Source: Nitrospirota bacterium (GTDB lineage Bacteria > Nitrospirota > UBA9217). From it: a stretch of 64,000 nucleotides of DNA. Below are positions 1 through 9,407 of this stretch, piece by piece (the first letter of the stretch is position 1; every line of letters starts with the position of its first letter). Location: the NCBI GenBank assembly GCA_963845065.1, contig CAWJQQ010000007.1, positions 1 through 64,000 of the forward strand. Direction: 5' to 3'. The notes below the pieces were generated by a model. That model searched no databases. It saw only the letters and a list, made by a program, of their open reading frames with translations, and was not told the DNA's origin. The position numbers and the translations under genes were made by a program.

Positions 1-868
1 TTATATTTCCATGAATGGAGCCGTCTCCATTGTAATGAATATAGCCAACCAATTCCCCGTTACTGTAGAATTCATCTCCAGTCAATCGCCCCTTCTCATC
101 GTATTCCCTATACTTGCCGACTCTTTTTCCATCTTTATAATTGAACTCCCCCTGCACCTGGCCGTTCGGGTAATATTGTTTGTATGGACCGTTGAGCTTT
201 CCGTCCTTGAAGGTGCGCTCGTCAAGGAGTTCACCCTCGAAAGAGTATCTTTTATAAACGCCGTCTTTCTCGGGTATCATCTGGTCTTGTTTACGAAAAT
301 CTTCCAACCACTTCGCCTTCGCATGCCAATATTTCCATTTTTCATCGGATGCAAGCTTAGTATGGAACACAACCTCATTGCTCCAAAAAGGCCCTCCTTC
401 TAAAAGGGTCCTTCTCCCGATCGTTTTGGGATCGAAAATAGCCTGATGGGCGTCGTACCGCAACCTGAAATGAATGTCACCTCTTGGAATGTCCGCAGTC
501 ATAACAAGCGGAATTTGTACTTCACGGATTTCTCCGGGTTTTAATTTAATCGGTGTCGTGCCATTCTTTTTACATCCGTGTGTTCTGGGGAAAATAGCTA
601 TATTGTCAGTCTTCCAATCATCCCAATAACTGCAGGACATCACCGATAAAAATAAGTCGGCTTGACTTATATTTTGAATTTTACAAATGACCGTAATTTC
701 TCCCGCCACGGGCGGCTCTTCGGCGAATAATTCAACTGCAGCAACTTGTTTTGAGGTCGCCTCTATTTTTATAGCGGAAGGCTGCCCCCATGCAGAATAA
801 TCAATTGTGGAAACTACTATAATTGCGCCAATGAGGAACAAAGCCTTGCTTGACCCGGACGATGTCAC
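1..868 (-). CDS. Secreted protein with C-terminal MORN-variant (YwqK-like) repeats; 3' end runs off the window
   Basis: Not in the ORF track. Manual translation from GTG at 868 (RBS-like AGGGGG upstream) is open to base 1: signal-like N-terminus, then repeats such as FKDGKLNGPYKQYYPNGQ and YKDGKRVGKYREYDEKG. Confidence 0.75.
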   Translation of the reverse strand, partial: MTSSGSSKALFLIGAIIVVSTIDYSAWGQPSAIKIEATSKQVAAVELFAEEPPVAGEITVICKIQNISQADLFLSVMSCSYWDDWKTDNIAIFPRTHGCKKNGTTPIKLKPGEIREVQIPLVMTADIPRGDIHFRLRYDAHQAIFDPKTIGRRTLLEGGPFWSNEVVFHTKLASDEKWKYWHAKAKWLEDFRKQDQMIPEKDGVYKRYSFEGELLDERTFKDGKLNGPYKQYYPNGQVQGEFNYKDGKRVGKYREYDEKGRLTGDEFYSNGELVGYIHYNGDGSIHGNI

Positions 869-1469
869 CTAGTACCCCCTATACAACCAGTATTATCATA
901 CTACTTCAAAGTTACACATCTGGTCAAACGGTCGCGATTGTAGACTCCAGGATAAAGAGTGTTTTTTGAATTTTTATCATCGATCGCACAATACATATAG
1001 AATTTTGTGAATGATATCATTAATACCGTTTGAAAATTTAAATGTTGACATGAGTAGAAACTTCATTAGCTACTGATTGGAGTCTGCACTACATGTTTCA
1101 ACTGCGATCCGACACGTCCTCTAAAATAATTTCTATCGCATCTCCACCTACAAGCATGTAATGTTTAGGCTTCTTTCTGCTTGCCTTTTTGCAGAAAGAA
1201 GCGAGTTGGACTATGCCGCTACGCGCCTAGCTATGGGGTTTCAAACGATTCTTCTTTTTAAATGAGGGTAACGACTACAGCATCGGTTGGGGCGTACGGT
1301 CTGTTACGGGATATGTTCGAGTAAAGAGCGGTGATTCAAGTAAGCCGCTCCGCGGCAGAAGAGCAAAGCATCCATCCTGCGTCCATCCCACCTTGTCTGA
1401 TATTTCCTGAATAATCTCCGTGTTACCATACATCTCCAATGCAGTTCAATCTTGTAGCACAAGGAGAGT

Positions 1470-2345
1470 ATGGTCATGGAAAACTGGTACGAGAAGTCCA
1501 AAGAAGCCCTGCAACTGAGCGGTAAGGGCGACACAACGCAAGAAAGTTACACACGCGCAGTCCGATTACTCATTGAGCATTTCGGCAACAAAACCCCCGA
1601 TCTCATCACCGAAGAAGAGCTTCAGGAATACTTCCTCCATTGCAGGAACGTTCGCAAGTGGGCGCCCAAAACCATGGCTGTCTGCTATGCCGGCATCCGC
1701 TTTTTCTTTGAGAACGTCCTGCGCCGTGACTGGCATATCCTGAGCATCATTCGGGCGCAAACTGAACACCGGCTTCCGACTGTGCTTAGTATCGAAGAGG
1801 TACGCGCCACCCTTTCCCGCGTCACGTCTCCTCGCAACCACGCCTTCCTCTCCACAGTCTATTCCTGCGGCCTTCGGCTCCAGGAAGCGCTACACCTCGA
1901 AGTCCCGGACATCGATAAACACCGTATGATGATCCATATCCACCGGGGGAAAGGCACTAAAGACCGTTATGTTCCGCTTCCCCGTACGACGTATGCTCTT
2001 TTGCGGAAGCATTGGGCCACTCACAAAAACCCCCGATTGATTTTTCCCTCACGGGGCATATACAAAGATGGCTCGGACATTCGGAAACCGGTTTCATACA
2101 GTACGGTGCAGGCGGCGCTTCAGAACGCGGTACGCGCAGCGGGTATTCAGAAACGCAACGTCTCCATCCACACGCTTCGCCACGCCTATGCTACTCACCT
2201 GCTCGAAGCCGGCGTGAATCTGAGCGTCATCCAGCAGTATATGGGCCACTCCAGCCTTGAGACCACGATGATTTACCTACATTTGACCACCAAGGGTCAG
2301 GAAGACGCTTACAAAATCATCGACCAGCTCATGACGGGGTTTTGA
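1470..2345 (+). CDS. Tyrosine recombinase (N-terminal SAM-like domain + phage integrase domain)
   Basis: YSCGLR, GKGTKDR, HTLRHAYATHLLEAG and MGHSSLETTMIY catalytic motifs. Confidence 0.93.
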   Translation: MVMENWYEKSKEALQLSGKGDTTQESYTRAVRLLIEHFGNKTPDLITEEELQEYFLHCRNVRKWAPKTMAVCYAGIRFFFENVLRRDWHILSIIRAQTEHRLPTVLSIEEVRATLSRVTSPRNHAFLSTVYSCGLRLQEALHLEVPDIDKHRMMIHIHRGKGTKDRYVPLPRTTYALLRKHWATHKNPRLIFPSRGIYKDGSDIRKPVSYSTVQAALQNAVRAAGIQKRNVSIHTLRHAYATHLLEAGVNLSVIQQYMGHSSLETTMIYLHLTTKGQEDAYKIIDQLMTGF

Positions 2346-2347
2346 CC

Positions 2348-3442
2348 ATGGACACGATCAATGAGATTTTCCGCACCTATGCCCCGGAGTACGTGTCACG
2401 GTTTGGCGAAGCGATTCCTCTGGAACATCGCAAGGCAATAGACGCAATTATCAACTGCCGCACTCCAGCTTGTGGGACGACCTGGTTCCGTTGCGAAGAC
2501 TGCGGGAAAGACCATGCCATCCATCGTTCTTGCGGCAACCGTCACTGCCCGACCTGCCAGTATCATAAGAGCCGACAGTGGCTCGAAAAACAGATTGATC
2601 GGCGGATGCCAGGACATCACTTCATGATCACGTTCACGGTGCCCGAGCAGATTCGTCGGTTCATCAGAGGCAATCAACGAGCAGCTTATGCTGCCTTGTT
2701 TTCTGCTTCTTCAGCGGCTATGAAAAAGCTGGTTCTCGACCCCAAGTTCATGGGCGGCGATCTGCCGGGCTTCTTCGGGGTCCTGCACACATGGGGCAGA
2801 ACACTGGAGTTTCACCCCCATGTCCACTATATCGTCGTAGGTGGGGCGTTTTCGTCCGAGGATAAAACATGGAAACCGTCAGGAACCGGTTTCTATGTGC
2901 CGGTCCAAGCGCTATCTCCCATTTTCCGGGCGAAGTTCAAGGATGAGATGAAAAAAGCAGGCCTTTTTGATCAAATCCCCGAAGAGGTCTGGCGCATCGA
3001 CTGGAACGTGAACTCGCAAGCCGTGGGCGACAGCGAAGGGAGTCTCAAGTATCTTGCCCCCTATGTCTTTCGGGTAGCCTTGTCCAACAGCCGGATCGTG
3101 AAAGTCGAGAATCGTCAGATCTTCATTCATTACAAAAAGACCAATAGCAATCGCTGGAGAACGCTGGAACTTGAGGTGATGGAATTTATGCGTCGCTTCC
3201 TCCAGCACGTTCTACCGACGGGGTTCATGAAGGTGCGATATTACGGCTTCTTAAGCCCGACCTGCAAAGTCCCGCTTGAGAACATCAGGACGCTGATTGA
3301 GCTGGCTTATGGATTTGAGGTGACGATGTCTGAAGTCGAACAGACGCCCCCAATGCCTCATCCAACATGCGGGTGCTGCGGTGGCTTTCTCAAAGTGATT
3401 TCGATTTCTCCGCCGCCGCAGCACCTGGCACGCGCCGGATAG
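2348..3442 (+). CDS. IS91-family (HUH/Y2) transposase-like protein
   Basis: Zn motifs CEDC and SCGNRHCPTC; HUH motif HPHVH; YLAPY; FLQHVLP; VRYYG. Confidence 0.92.
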   Translation: MDTINEIFRTYAPEYVSRFGEAIPLEHRKAIDAIINCRTPACGTTWFRCEDCGKDHAIHRSCGNRHCPTCQYHKSRQWLEKQIDRRMPGHHFMITFTVPEQIRRFIRGNQRAAYAALFSASSAAMKKLVLDPKFMGGDLPGFFGVLHTWGRTLEFHPHVHYIVVGGAFSSEDKTWKPSGTGFYVPVQALSPIFRAKFKDEMKKAGLFDQIPEEVWRIDWNVNSQAVGDSEGSLKYLAPYVFRVALSNSRIVKVENRQIFIHYKKTNSNRWRTLELEVMEFMRRFLQHVLPTGFMKVRYYGFLSPTCKVPLENIRTLIELAYGFEVTMSEVEQTPPMPHPTCGCCGGFLKVISISPPPQHLARAG

Positions 3443-3908
3443 CATCCGACGATTTTGATTCACCACGTGTTTCTCGTGTAAGATCCCGCAGGCATCATCT
3501 GCGGGTCAACGCTCCCGTTCGGCCGCGCGAGCGGATCAGGCGATGATTTCTGCGTGTGAGTATAATGGGAATCACGTTTGTTTTTTTATAATCAGACCGA
3601 CACGAGCTCTCACTCTCCATAAACTGCCCATTCAGGCTTTAACCAAAAACGACCCCTCGAAGCATTACCCTATATATAGAGACCATCGGTCATCATCCTG
3701 CCGCTCCGGGCTTCTTGAATTATGGATTGAGTACGACGTGAAGATGTCGTCACAATCCTTATTGATTCTGGACGGTGCCGCATGCCCCATTCAGTGAGGA
3801 CTATACGGGAAACTGGCCTTTTTGACAATAGAAGATCGTTGCGAAGAACAAGGTCGTTTTCGTGAAGAGATGCAGAGGGCAGTTTTTTGATTCGAGTGAT
3901 GTTCTCGC

Positions 3909-5099
3909 TCATGTGCGTGGCGGTCCTTTGCAGCGAGCGGGCAGTATAATCTCCACGGAGCGCATTCTGCCTTCGCCACATGCAGGGCATTTATTGACGT
4001 CGATTCCGGTAAACCGGAGCAAGGCTTCTTGCCACGTTTCGGTCTTTTGTTCCGCCTTGTTCTGATCGGCGCAGGCTAGAAGCTCCCTGCACCGGTCAAG
4101 TTTCTTCCTGCGGCATCGGTTGCCCAAAAAGCCGTAATGCCTGATTTTTACGAACCGGTCAGGCAATACGTGAAGCAGGAACCGCCGGATAAACTCATCG
4201 GCCTTAAGGGGCATGATTTTGCTTTTGTTATTGTCGGAGTAGTCGCGCCACCGGAAGGAGACCTTGTCGTCTTCCATCTTCACGATTCGGTGGTTGCTGA
4301 TTGCGATCCGGTGAGTGTATCTGCCGAGATACTCAAGAACGCCTTTTGCCCCGTCGAACGGCGGCTTGCAGTAGACGATCCACTTCTTCTTGTACAACTC
4401 GGCGATCAAGGCATTGAAAGCGCCCGGCGCCGTAAGGTAGCTTACGACGCCGGGGTAAACGAGTTCATTTTGAGCATGGCTCTTTTTCAGGTAGTCAAGG
4501 AACTTGCCCCGAAACAGCTTTGACATTACTTTGACCGGAAGAAAGAAGTCTTTTTTGGACGACTTCCACTTTTGTCCGTTTTGGGACAATCCCCCTCCGG
4601 TGACGACATTGTGGACATGGGGATGGTCCATGAGGTTCTGGCCCCAGGTGTGCAAGATGCTGAAGAACCCGATCTCCGCTCCCAGGCGCTTCGGGTTCTT
4701 CGAGAGCTGGGTCAAAGTCTCCGAAACGGACTTGAACAAAATTCCGTAGAGGACTTCCTGATTACGAAGAACAAGAGGATTGAGAGAATCAGGGATGGTG
4801 AAGACGACGTGGAAGTACGGAATGGGTAGAAGGTCTTTTCCCCGGGCCTCGAGCCACTGCTCTTTTTTAAGGAACTGGCATTTGGGACAGTGCCGGTTTC
4901 TGCAGGAATTATACGAGATCACCTTTGCGCCGCAGTGCTCGCACTCGTCCACGTGGCCGCCTTGGTCGGCGGTGCGGCACGTTTCAATCGCCCGCATGGC
5001 GCGCAGACGATTCAAAGGCATAGGGTTGGCGCTCCGGTAATCAGGACCGTACCGGCGGAAGATGTCCGCAACATCGATTGAACCTCTCTGGGGCGACAT
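3909..5099 (-). CDS. IS91-family (HUH/Y2) transposase-like protein
   Basis: SCRNRHCPKC, HTWG..HPHVH, YLGRY, FLLHVLP, IRHYG. Confidence 0.93.
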   Translation of the reverse strand: MSPQRGSIDVADIFRRYGPDYRSANPMPLNRLRAMRAIETCRTADQGGHVDECEHCGAKVISYNSCRNRHCPKCQFLKKEQWLEARGKDLLPIPYFHVVFTIPDSLNPLVLRNQEVLYGILFKSVSETLTQLSKNPKRLGAEIGFFSILHTWGQNLMDHPHVHNVVTGGGLSQNGQKWKSSKKDFFLPVKVMSKLFRGKFLDYLKKSHAQNELVYPGVVSYLTAPGAFNALIAELYKKKWIVYCKPPFDGAKGVLEYLGRYTHRIAISNHRIVKMEDDKVSFRWRDYSDNNKSKIMPLKADEFIRRFLLHVLPDRFVKIRHYGFLGNRCRRKKLDRCRELLACADQNKAEQKTETWQEALLRFTGIDVNKCPACGEGRMRSVEIILPARCKGPPRT

Positions 5100-5105
5100 C
5101 AGGTA

Positions 5106-5960
5106 TTACGCGGTCTTGGAGTTGTTGGAATCGTGGCTGTCAAGCGGACTGATGACCTGCGAGAGGTTTTGTTTGCTCACATGAAGATAGATCGTGGTTG
5201 TCTTGGGAGACGCGTGGCCCAGGAGCAACTGGATATGGTGGAGATTCGAGCCTGCCTCGAGGAGATGTGTTGCGAAGCTATGCCTTAGCGTGTGGCAGGT
5301 CGCTGGTTTGGCGATGCCGGCCTTGGCTTTAGCGTGTTGGAAAATCATATTGATCGAGGTGAGGGAAATATGCTTGTCCGGCTCTTGCCCTGGAAATAGC
5401 CACTGAGAGGGGTGATACTTTTTCCAGTACTGCCTGAGCGCATCGAGTGCGACATTCGACAAAATGGTGTAACGATCGCGGCCGCCCTTGCCTTGCCGGA
5501 CATGTATCAGCATGCGCTTACTGTCGATGTCGGATGGGGTGAGATTCGCGGTCTCGCTTATCCTGAGCCCGGCGGAGTAGGTCAATATCAAGACAGCTTT
5601 GTGCTTCAGGTTCTCGGTGACCTCGAAGAGTTTGAGTACCTCTTCAAGGTCGAGAACGACAGGAAGCCTTTGCTTCTGCTTGGGATAGGGAATCTTGTCG
5701 ACCACCCAGCTTCGTTTCAGGGTAACCATATAGAGGAAGCGTAACGCGCTGTAATAGATCCGGAGGGTTGAAAGAGCAATCTTCCTCACTTTCACGGCGT
5801 GGTGCAAGTATTCCTTAACTTCCTTGGTCCCGAGTTGTTCCGGCGGTTTCCTATAGAGCTTCGCAAAATTACGGACTTCTCGAAGATATGCCTTTTGTGT
5901 CGTTCTACTGAGTCCCCGGAGCTCCATGTCTGCCAACATTTGATCGCGCAACTTTCCCAT
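5106..5960 (-). CDS. Tyrosine recombinase
   Basis: YSAGLR, GKGGRDR, HTLRHSFATHLLEAG, LLGH..TTIY. Confidence 0.93.
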   Translation of the reverse strand: MGKLRDQMLADMELRGLSRTTQKAYLREVRNFAKLYRKPPEQLGTKEVKEYLHHAVKVRKIALSTLRIYYSALRFLYMVTLKRSWVVDKIPYPKQKQRLPVVLDLEEVLKLFEVTENLKHKAVLILTYSAGLRISETANLTPSDIDSKRMLIHVRQGKGGRDRYTILSNVALDALRQYWKKYHPSQWLFPGQEPDKHISLTSINMIFQHAKAKAGIAKPATCHTLRHSFATHLLEAGSNLHHIQLLLGHASPKTTTIYLHVSKQNLSQVISPLDSHDSNNSKTA

Positions 5961-6242
5961 GATTGAATCTCCTTCCGTGTGTCGGATTATCCAGCGGCAT
6001 GACGCCGATGGTGATACGGAAAGAGATTTTATAGGGATGAGGTATATTGATCAAGTGTGGGGATTGACGACGAGAATACGTATGGCGAAGGAAGTTTCAG
6101 CCGTTGTGTCTTGAGTTTTTAGCCACCGCGTAGCGGTTTAGTCCAATTGCGGTAATAGCATGCATTGTGGCACGAGCACCGTGAGAACGCATGGCTAAAG
6201 CAAGCTCTTCATTCGCGTTGCAGTTTAAAAGTATAAAGTATA

Positions 6243-6266
6243 TTGACAGACAAGTCTGTATAGTGT
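6243..6266 (+). promoter_or_regulatory. Promoter overlapped by palindromic TetR operator ACAGAC-AA-GTCTGT
   Basis: TTGACA at 6243; palindrome at 6246-6259; second copy at 6893-6906. Confidence 0.7.
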
Positions 6267-6278
6267 ACAGTTGTTGTC

Positions 6279-6872
6279 ATGTCAAAAGACGATAACCAGA
6301 GCGAAGCACGGCAGCGGATCATCACTACCGCCCTCGATCTATTTTATCGGCAAGGATACCTTGCAACCGGCATCAATCAGGTCATTGCCGAATCCAATGT
6401 TTCTAAAAACACCTTTTACTATTATTTCCCCTCCAAAGACGATCTCTGCGTCGCTTATCTCCAGGAACGCCACAAGATCTGGATGGGTTGGCTGCTCAAT
6501 CACTTGAATACGAGACTAACCCCGTACAAGAAACTAATCGGCCTTTTCGAGTTCCTGGACACGTGGCTGCGGGAATGTCATTTCCGTGGGTGCGCCTTTC
6601 TGAACATTGCCACTGAAGTGCCTGATGTGAACCACCGGATCCGGAAAGAGGTCATTCACCATAAGGATGAATTGAGAAAACTCCTTCATGGATTGCTTTC
6701 GGACTTAAAAAAATCTGATAAAAAGCATTCCGGAATCAATGTGCCGCTGTTGGCGGATTTTCTCTATGTGCTGTTTGAAGGGACAATCAGCTCGTGCCAG
6801 AATTACAGTGATTCAAAGCTCGTGGAAAAGGCGTGTAAGAGCTTTGAAATAATGCTAAAGACGGGAAAGTAA
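6279..6872 (+). CDS. TetR/AcrR family regulator
   Basis: N-terminal HTH: ARQRIITTALDLFYRQGY..NVSKNTFYYYFPSKDDL; C-terminal GCAFLN. Confidence 0.92.
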   Translation: MSKDDNQSEARQRIITTALDLFYRQGYLATGINQVIAESNVSKNTFYYYFPSKDDLCVAYLQERHKIWMGWLLNHLNTRLTPYKKLIGLFEFLDTWLRECHFRGCAFLNIATEVPDVNHRIRKEVIHHKDELRKLLHGLLSDLKKSDKKHSGINVPLLADFLYVLFEGTISSCQNYSDSKLVEKACKSFEIMLKTGK

Positions 6873-6892
6873 TTTTTTTAACCGATTATAGT

Positions 6893-6906
6893 ACAGACTT
6901 GTCTGT
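6893..6906. promoter_or_regulatory. Second TetR operator ACAGAC-TT-GTCTGT upstream of the DJ-1 gene
   Basis: Same palindrome as upstream of tetR. Confidence 0.65.
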
Positions 6907-7008
6907 TTTGCCTGCACCAGGAAAGGAGGTGGGATTGACAGTAATTGGCGTAAGACCGTGAAATAACTCGTAGCGATCAAATCAATTTTAACCAACAAGG
7001 AGAACACT

Positions 7009-7641
7009 ATGGCAAAGAGATTAGGGATTTACATTTTCACAGGCGCTGAGATCGTTGATTGGGCTGGACCTATGGGCGTCTTCGCCGTGGCCCGCAGAAT
7101 GGACCCAGAGCTGGACGCATTTCTTGTCGCCGACTCGATTGCTCCGGTCATGGCGACAGCCAATTTGTTCGTCAATCCCCGGTACGGTCTAGATCAGGCG
7201 CCGGATATGGACGCCTTCCTTATCCCTGGAGGCATTGGCACGCGGGCGGAGATGCACAACGGCCGTCTTCTGGATTTTGTAAAAAGTTTGCCGGAAAAGA
7301 CGCTTCTTGTCAGCGTCTGCACTGGCTCCTGGGTGTATGGAGTTGCCGGCCTGCTGGACGGGAAAACAGCCACTAATAGAAAGAACGGGGACTTTAGTGA
7401 AAAAATCGTACCCATCGATCGCCTTGCCCAGATCGCGCCGAAGTGCAAGATCGACCGACATAGGATCGTTGATACGGGAAGGATCATAACCGGCGGTGGT
7501 ATTACGTCGGGGCTGGAAATGGGATTCTACCTGCTGGAGCGCTTCGGATACGATGAAAAATTCGTAAATGATACTGCATTTGTCATGGAATACGAGAAGC
7601 AGTGGCAGCTTATGAAAACGGATCGGTTAGTCGCCACGTAG
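7009..7641 (+). CDS. DJ-1/PfpI family protein
   Basis: LIPGGIG, nucleophile elbow SVCTGS, IITGGGITSG. Confidence 0.9.
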   Translation: MAKRLGIYIFTGAEIVDWAGPMGVFAVARRMDPELDAFLVADSIAPVMATANLFVNPRYGLDQAPDMDAFLIPGGIGTRAEMHNGRLLDFVKSLPEKTLLVSVCTGSWVYGVAGLLDGKTATNRKNGDFSEKIVPIDRLAQIAPKCKIDRHRIVDTGRIITGGGITSGLEMGFYLLERFGYDEKFVNDTAFVMEYEKQWQLMKTDRLVAT

Positions 7642-7913
7642 AGAGCGGTGAACCAATGCTTTCTTAGCGCTGAATATATGTTACGATTACTATGTTTCCC
7701 CCTCCCGTCGAGGATGGGGGAAACATAGTAGATGATCGAAATAACCGCAGAAGTACGACTAGTACAATTCGCCAAATCAGATATTCCGTAAATTTGGAAT
7801 TATCAAATTGAAGTGAGTTGAATATTTCGGAATGAGACGTTGGCTGTTGCTAAGAATGGCAACACCAATGATTCAGGATGATGCTGTTGGTAGAAAACCT
7901 TATCATAAAATGA

Positions 7914-9187
7914 CATTGACGTCCGGTTAAAAATAAAAAGGCATGGCCTGAATACCTCGATTGTTGGATAATAGAATTTGTGAGAACCCTATTCCAGCAA
8001 GGAGGAACAAGCCATGCGCAAGTTGGAAACGATCTTCGGAGAACTGCTGAAACTTGTACCGAGATATCAATTCGAAAAAGCCGTAAATCAATACCAGGGA
8101 GATCGATACGTAAAGTCGTACACGACCTGGCAACAGTATATCACGATCCTGTTCTCCCAGGTCAAGCAAAAAGACAGCATCAGGGACATCATAACAGGAC
8201 TGGAAGCCAACGAGTCCCGCTGGTATCACCTGGGGCTTACCGGCGTTCATCGGAGCACCTTCTCGGATGCCAACAACAAACGGAGTTTTCAGATATTTGA
8301 GGATCTGTTTTATCATCTTCTCTCTCGCTGCAAGGACTTGACGCCGAAACATCGGTTCAAGTTTAAAAATGAGTTGTATTCGATCGATGCTTCAGTTATC
8401 GATCTTTGCCTCTCGGTCTTTCCTTGGGCTAAGTTCCGAAAGACCAAGGGGGCGATTAAAATGCATTGTCTCTATGACCACTCCGGGGCACTGCCGTCGT
8501 TTGTAACAATCACCGATGGTAAAAAACATGATGTCACGGTGGCTAAAGAAACTGGTTTTCCACTCTCCCCGGACAGCATCGTTTCCATAGATCGGGCGTA
8601 TATCGACTACAAATGGCTGAATTCACTGGATGAAAAGCGCGTCTGGTTCGTTACCCGCGCCAAGTCTAACATCAATTGTGTCGTAACCGGACAGCATCCG
8701 GTTACCGGAAAAGGGGTCCAGAAAGACCAGATGATCCTTTTAGCCGGAACCCGGACAAAGAACTATTATCCCAAAGAACTTCGAATGATCGAGTTCTATG
8801 ATGAGGAAACCAAGAAGCACCTGACGTTCCTCACCAACAATATGAAGCTCGCGGCCTCAACGATAGCGGCAATCTATAAATCCCGGTGGCAGATCGAACT
8901 GTTCTTCAAGTGGATCAAGCAGAACCTGAAGATCAAATCGTTCCTCGGGACCAGCAAAAACGCCGTTATGACGCAAATCTGGGTGGCTATGAGCTATTAC
9001 TTGCTGCTTACGTATATCAAGTACCAGACGAAATATGCTCATTCCCTGCTGACCTTGAGTCGCCTAATCAGGGAAACCCTTTTTGAACGAAAGAACCTTA
9101 TCGATATACTTACACTGAAACCTGAACGGCTCTTAGCAGTTCAGGATGAACTCATACAGGGGGCGTTGTTTTAACCGGACAGCGATG
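7914..9187 (+). mobile_element. IS4-family insertion sequence, intact
   Basis: TIRs CATTGACGTCCGGTTAAAA / TTTTAACCGGACAGCGATG; 9-bp target duplication ATAAAATGA (7905-7913, 9188-9196). Confidence 0.92.
8014..9174 (+). CDS. IS4-family DDE transposase (DUF4372-type N-terminus)
   Basis: IDAS, DRAY, and YKSRWQIELFFKWIKQ (YREK motif). Confidence 0.92.
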   Translation: MRKLETIFGELLKLVPRYQFEKAVNQYQGDRYVKSYTTWQQYITILFSQVKQKDSIRDIITGLEANESRWYHLGLTGVHRSTFSDANNKRSFQIFEDLFYHLLSRCKDLTPKHRFKFKNELYSIDASVIDLCLSVFPWAKFRKTKGAIKMHCLYDHSGALPSFVTITDGKKHDVTVAKETGFPLSPDSIVSIDRAYIDYKWLNSLDEKRVWFVTRAKSNINCVVTGQHPVTGKGVQKDQMILLAGTRTKNYYPKELRMIEFYDEETKKHLTFLTNNMKLAASTIAAIYKSRWQIELFFKWIKQNLKIKSFLGTSKNAVMTQIWVAMSYYLLLTYIKYQTKYAHSLLTLSRLIRETLFERKNLIDILTLKPERLLAVQDELIQGALF

Positions 9188-9306
9188 ATAAAATGATACA
9201 AAATGAATTCTGTACCTCGGCTAATATTATATAAATATCTGGTTCACCTACTAGGTTGCAGTACTGTTAACAAAAAATCTATGTAAAATACTACGTGAAA
9301 AGTGTA

Positions 9307-9371
9307 TGTGAACATTTGGTTAAGCTGTTCGCCAGCTTGTCTGGCGAATCAGCTTGAACCAGTTGTTAGAT
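9307..9371 (-). other. Integron attC site
   Basis: Minus strand ATCTAAC (R'') aactGGTTCAAGCTGaTTCGCCAG-acaag-CTGGCGAA-CAGCTT-AACC aaat GTTCACA (R'); hairpin with extrahelical bases, about 35 bp after the epoxide hydrolase stop. Confidence 0.85.
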
Positions 9372-9407
9372 TTTTTCTTAATTTTAATGCATTCCATATG
9401 AAATCCG

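Larger units (their letters stand above)
1334..3767 (+). mobile_element. Tyrosine recombinase + IS91-like Y2 protein element (element A), nested in element B
   Basis: TGATTC at both junctions (1332-1337, 3763-3768); left end ATTCAAGTAAGCC is complementary to subterminal GGCTTCTTGAAT; removing it restores element B's 3' region. Confidence 0.85.
1160..6147 (-). mobile_element. Tyrosine recombinase + IS91-like Y2 protein element (element B), interrupted by element A
   Basis: Start ATTGGACTAAACCGCTACGCGG (6147 downward); end GTCCAAC-hairpin-CTAAACATT (1211 to 1160); both homologous to the ends of the 10626-13195 element. Confidence 0.85.

Noticed and set aside
11..403. Plus-strand 130-aa ORF, and the many short ORFs overlapping larger genes throughout the track
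   Set aside because: Antisense or alternative-frame shadows of better-supported genes
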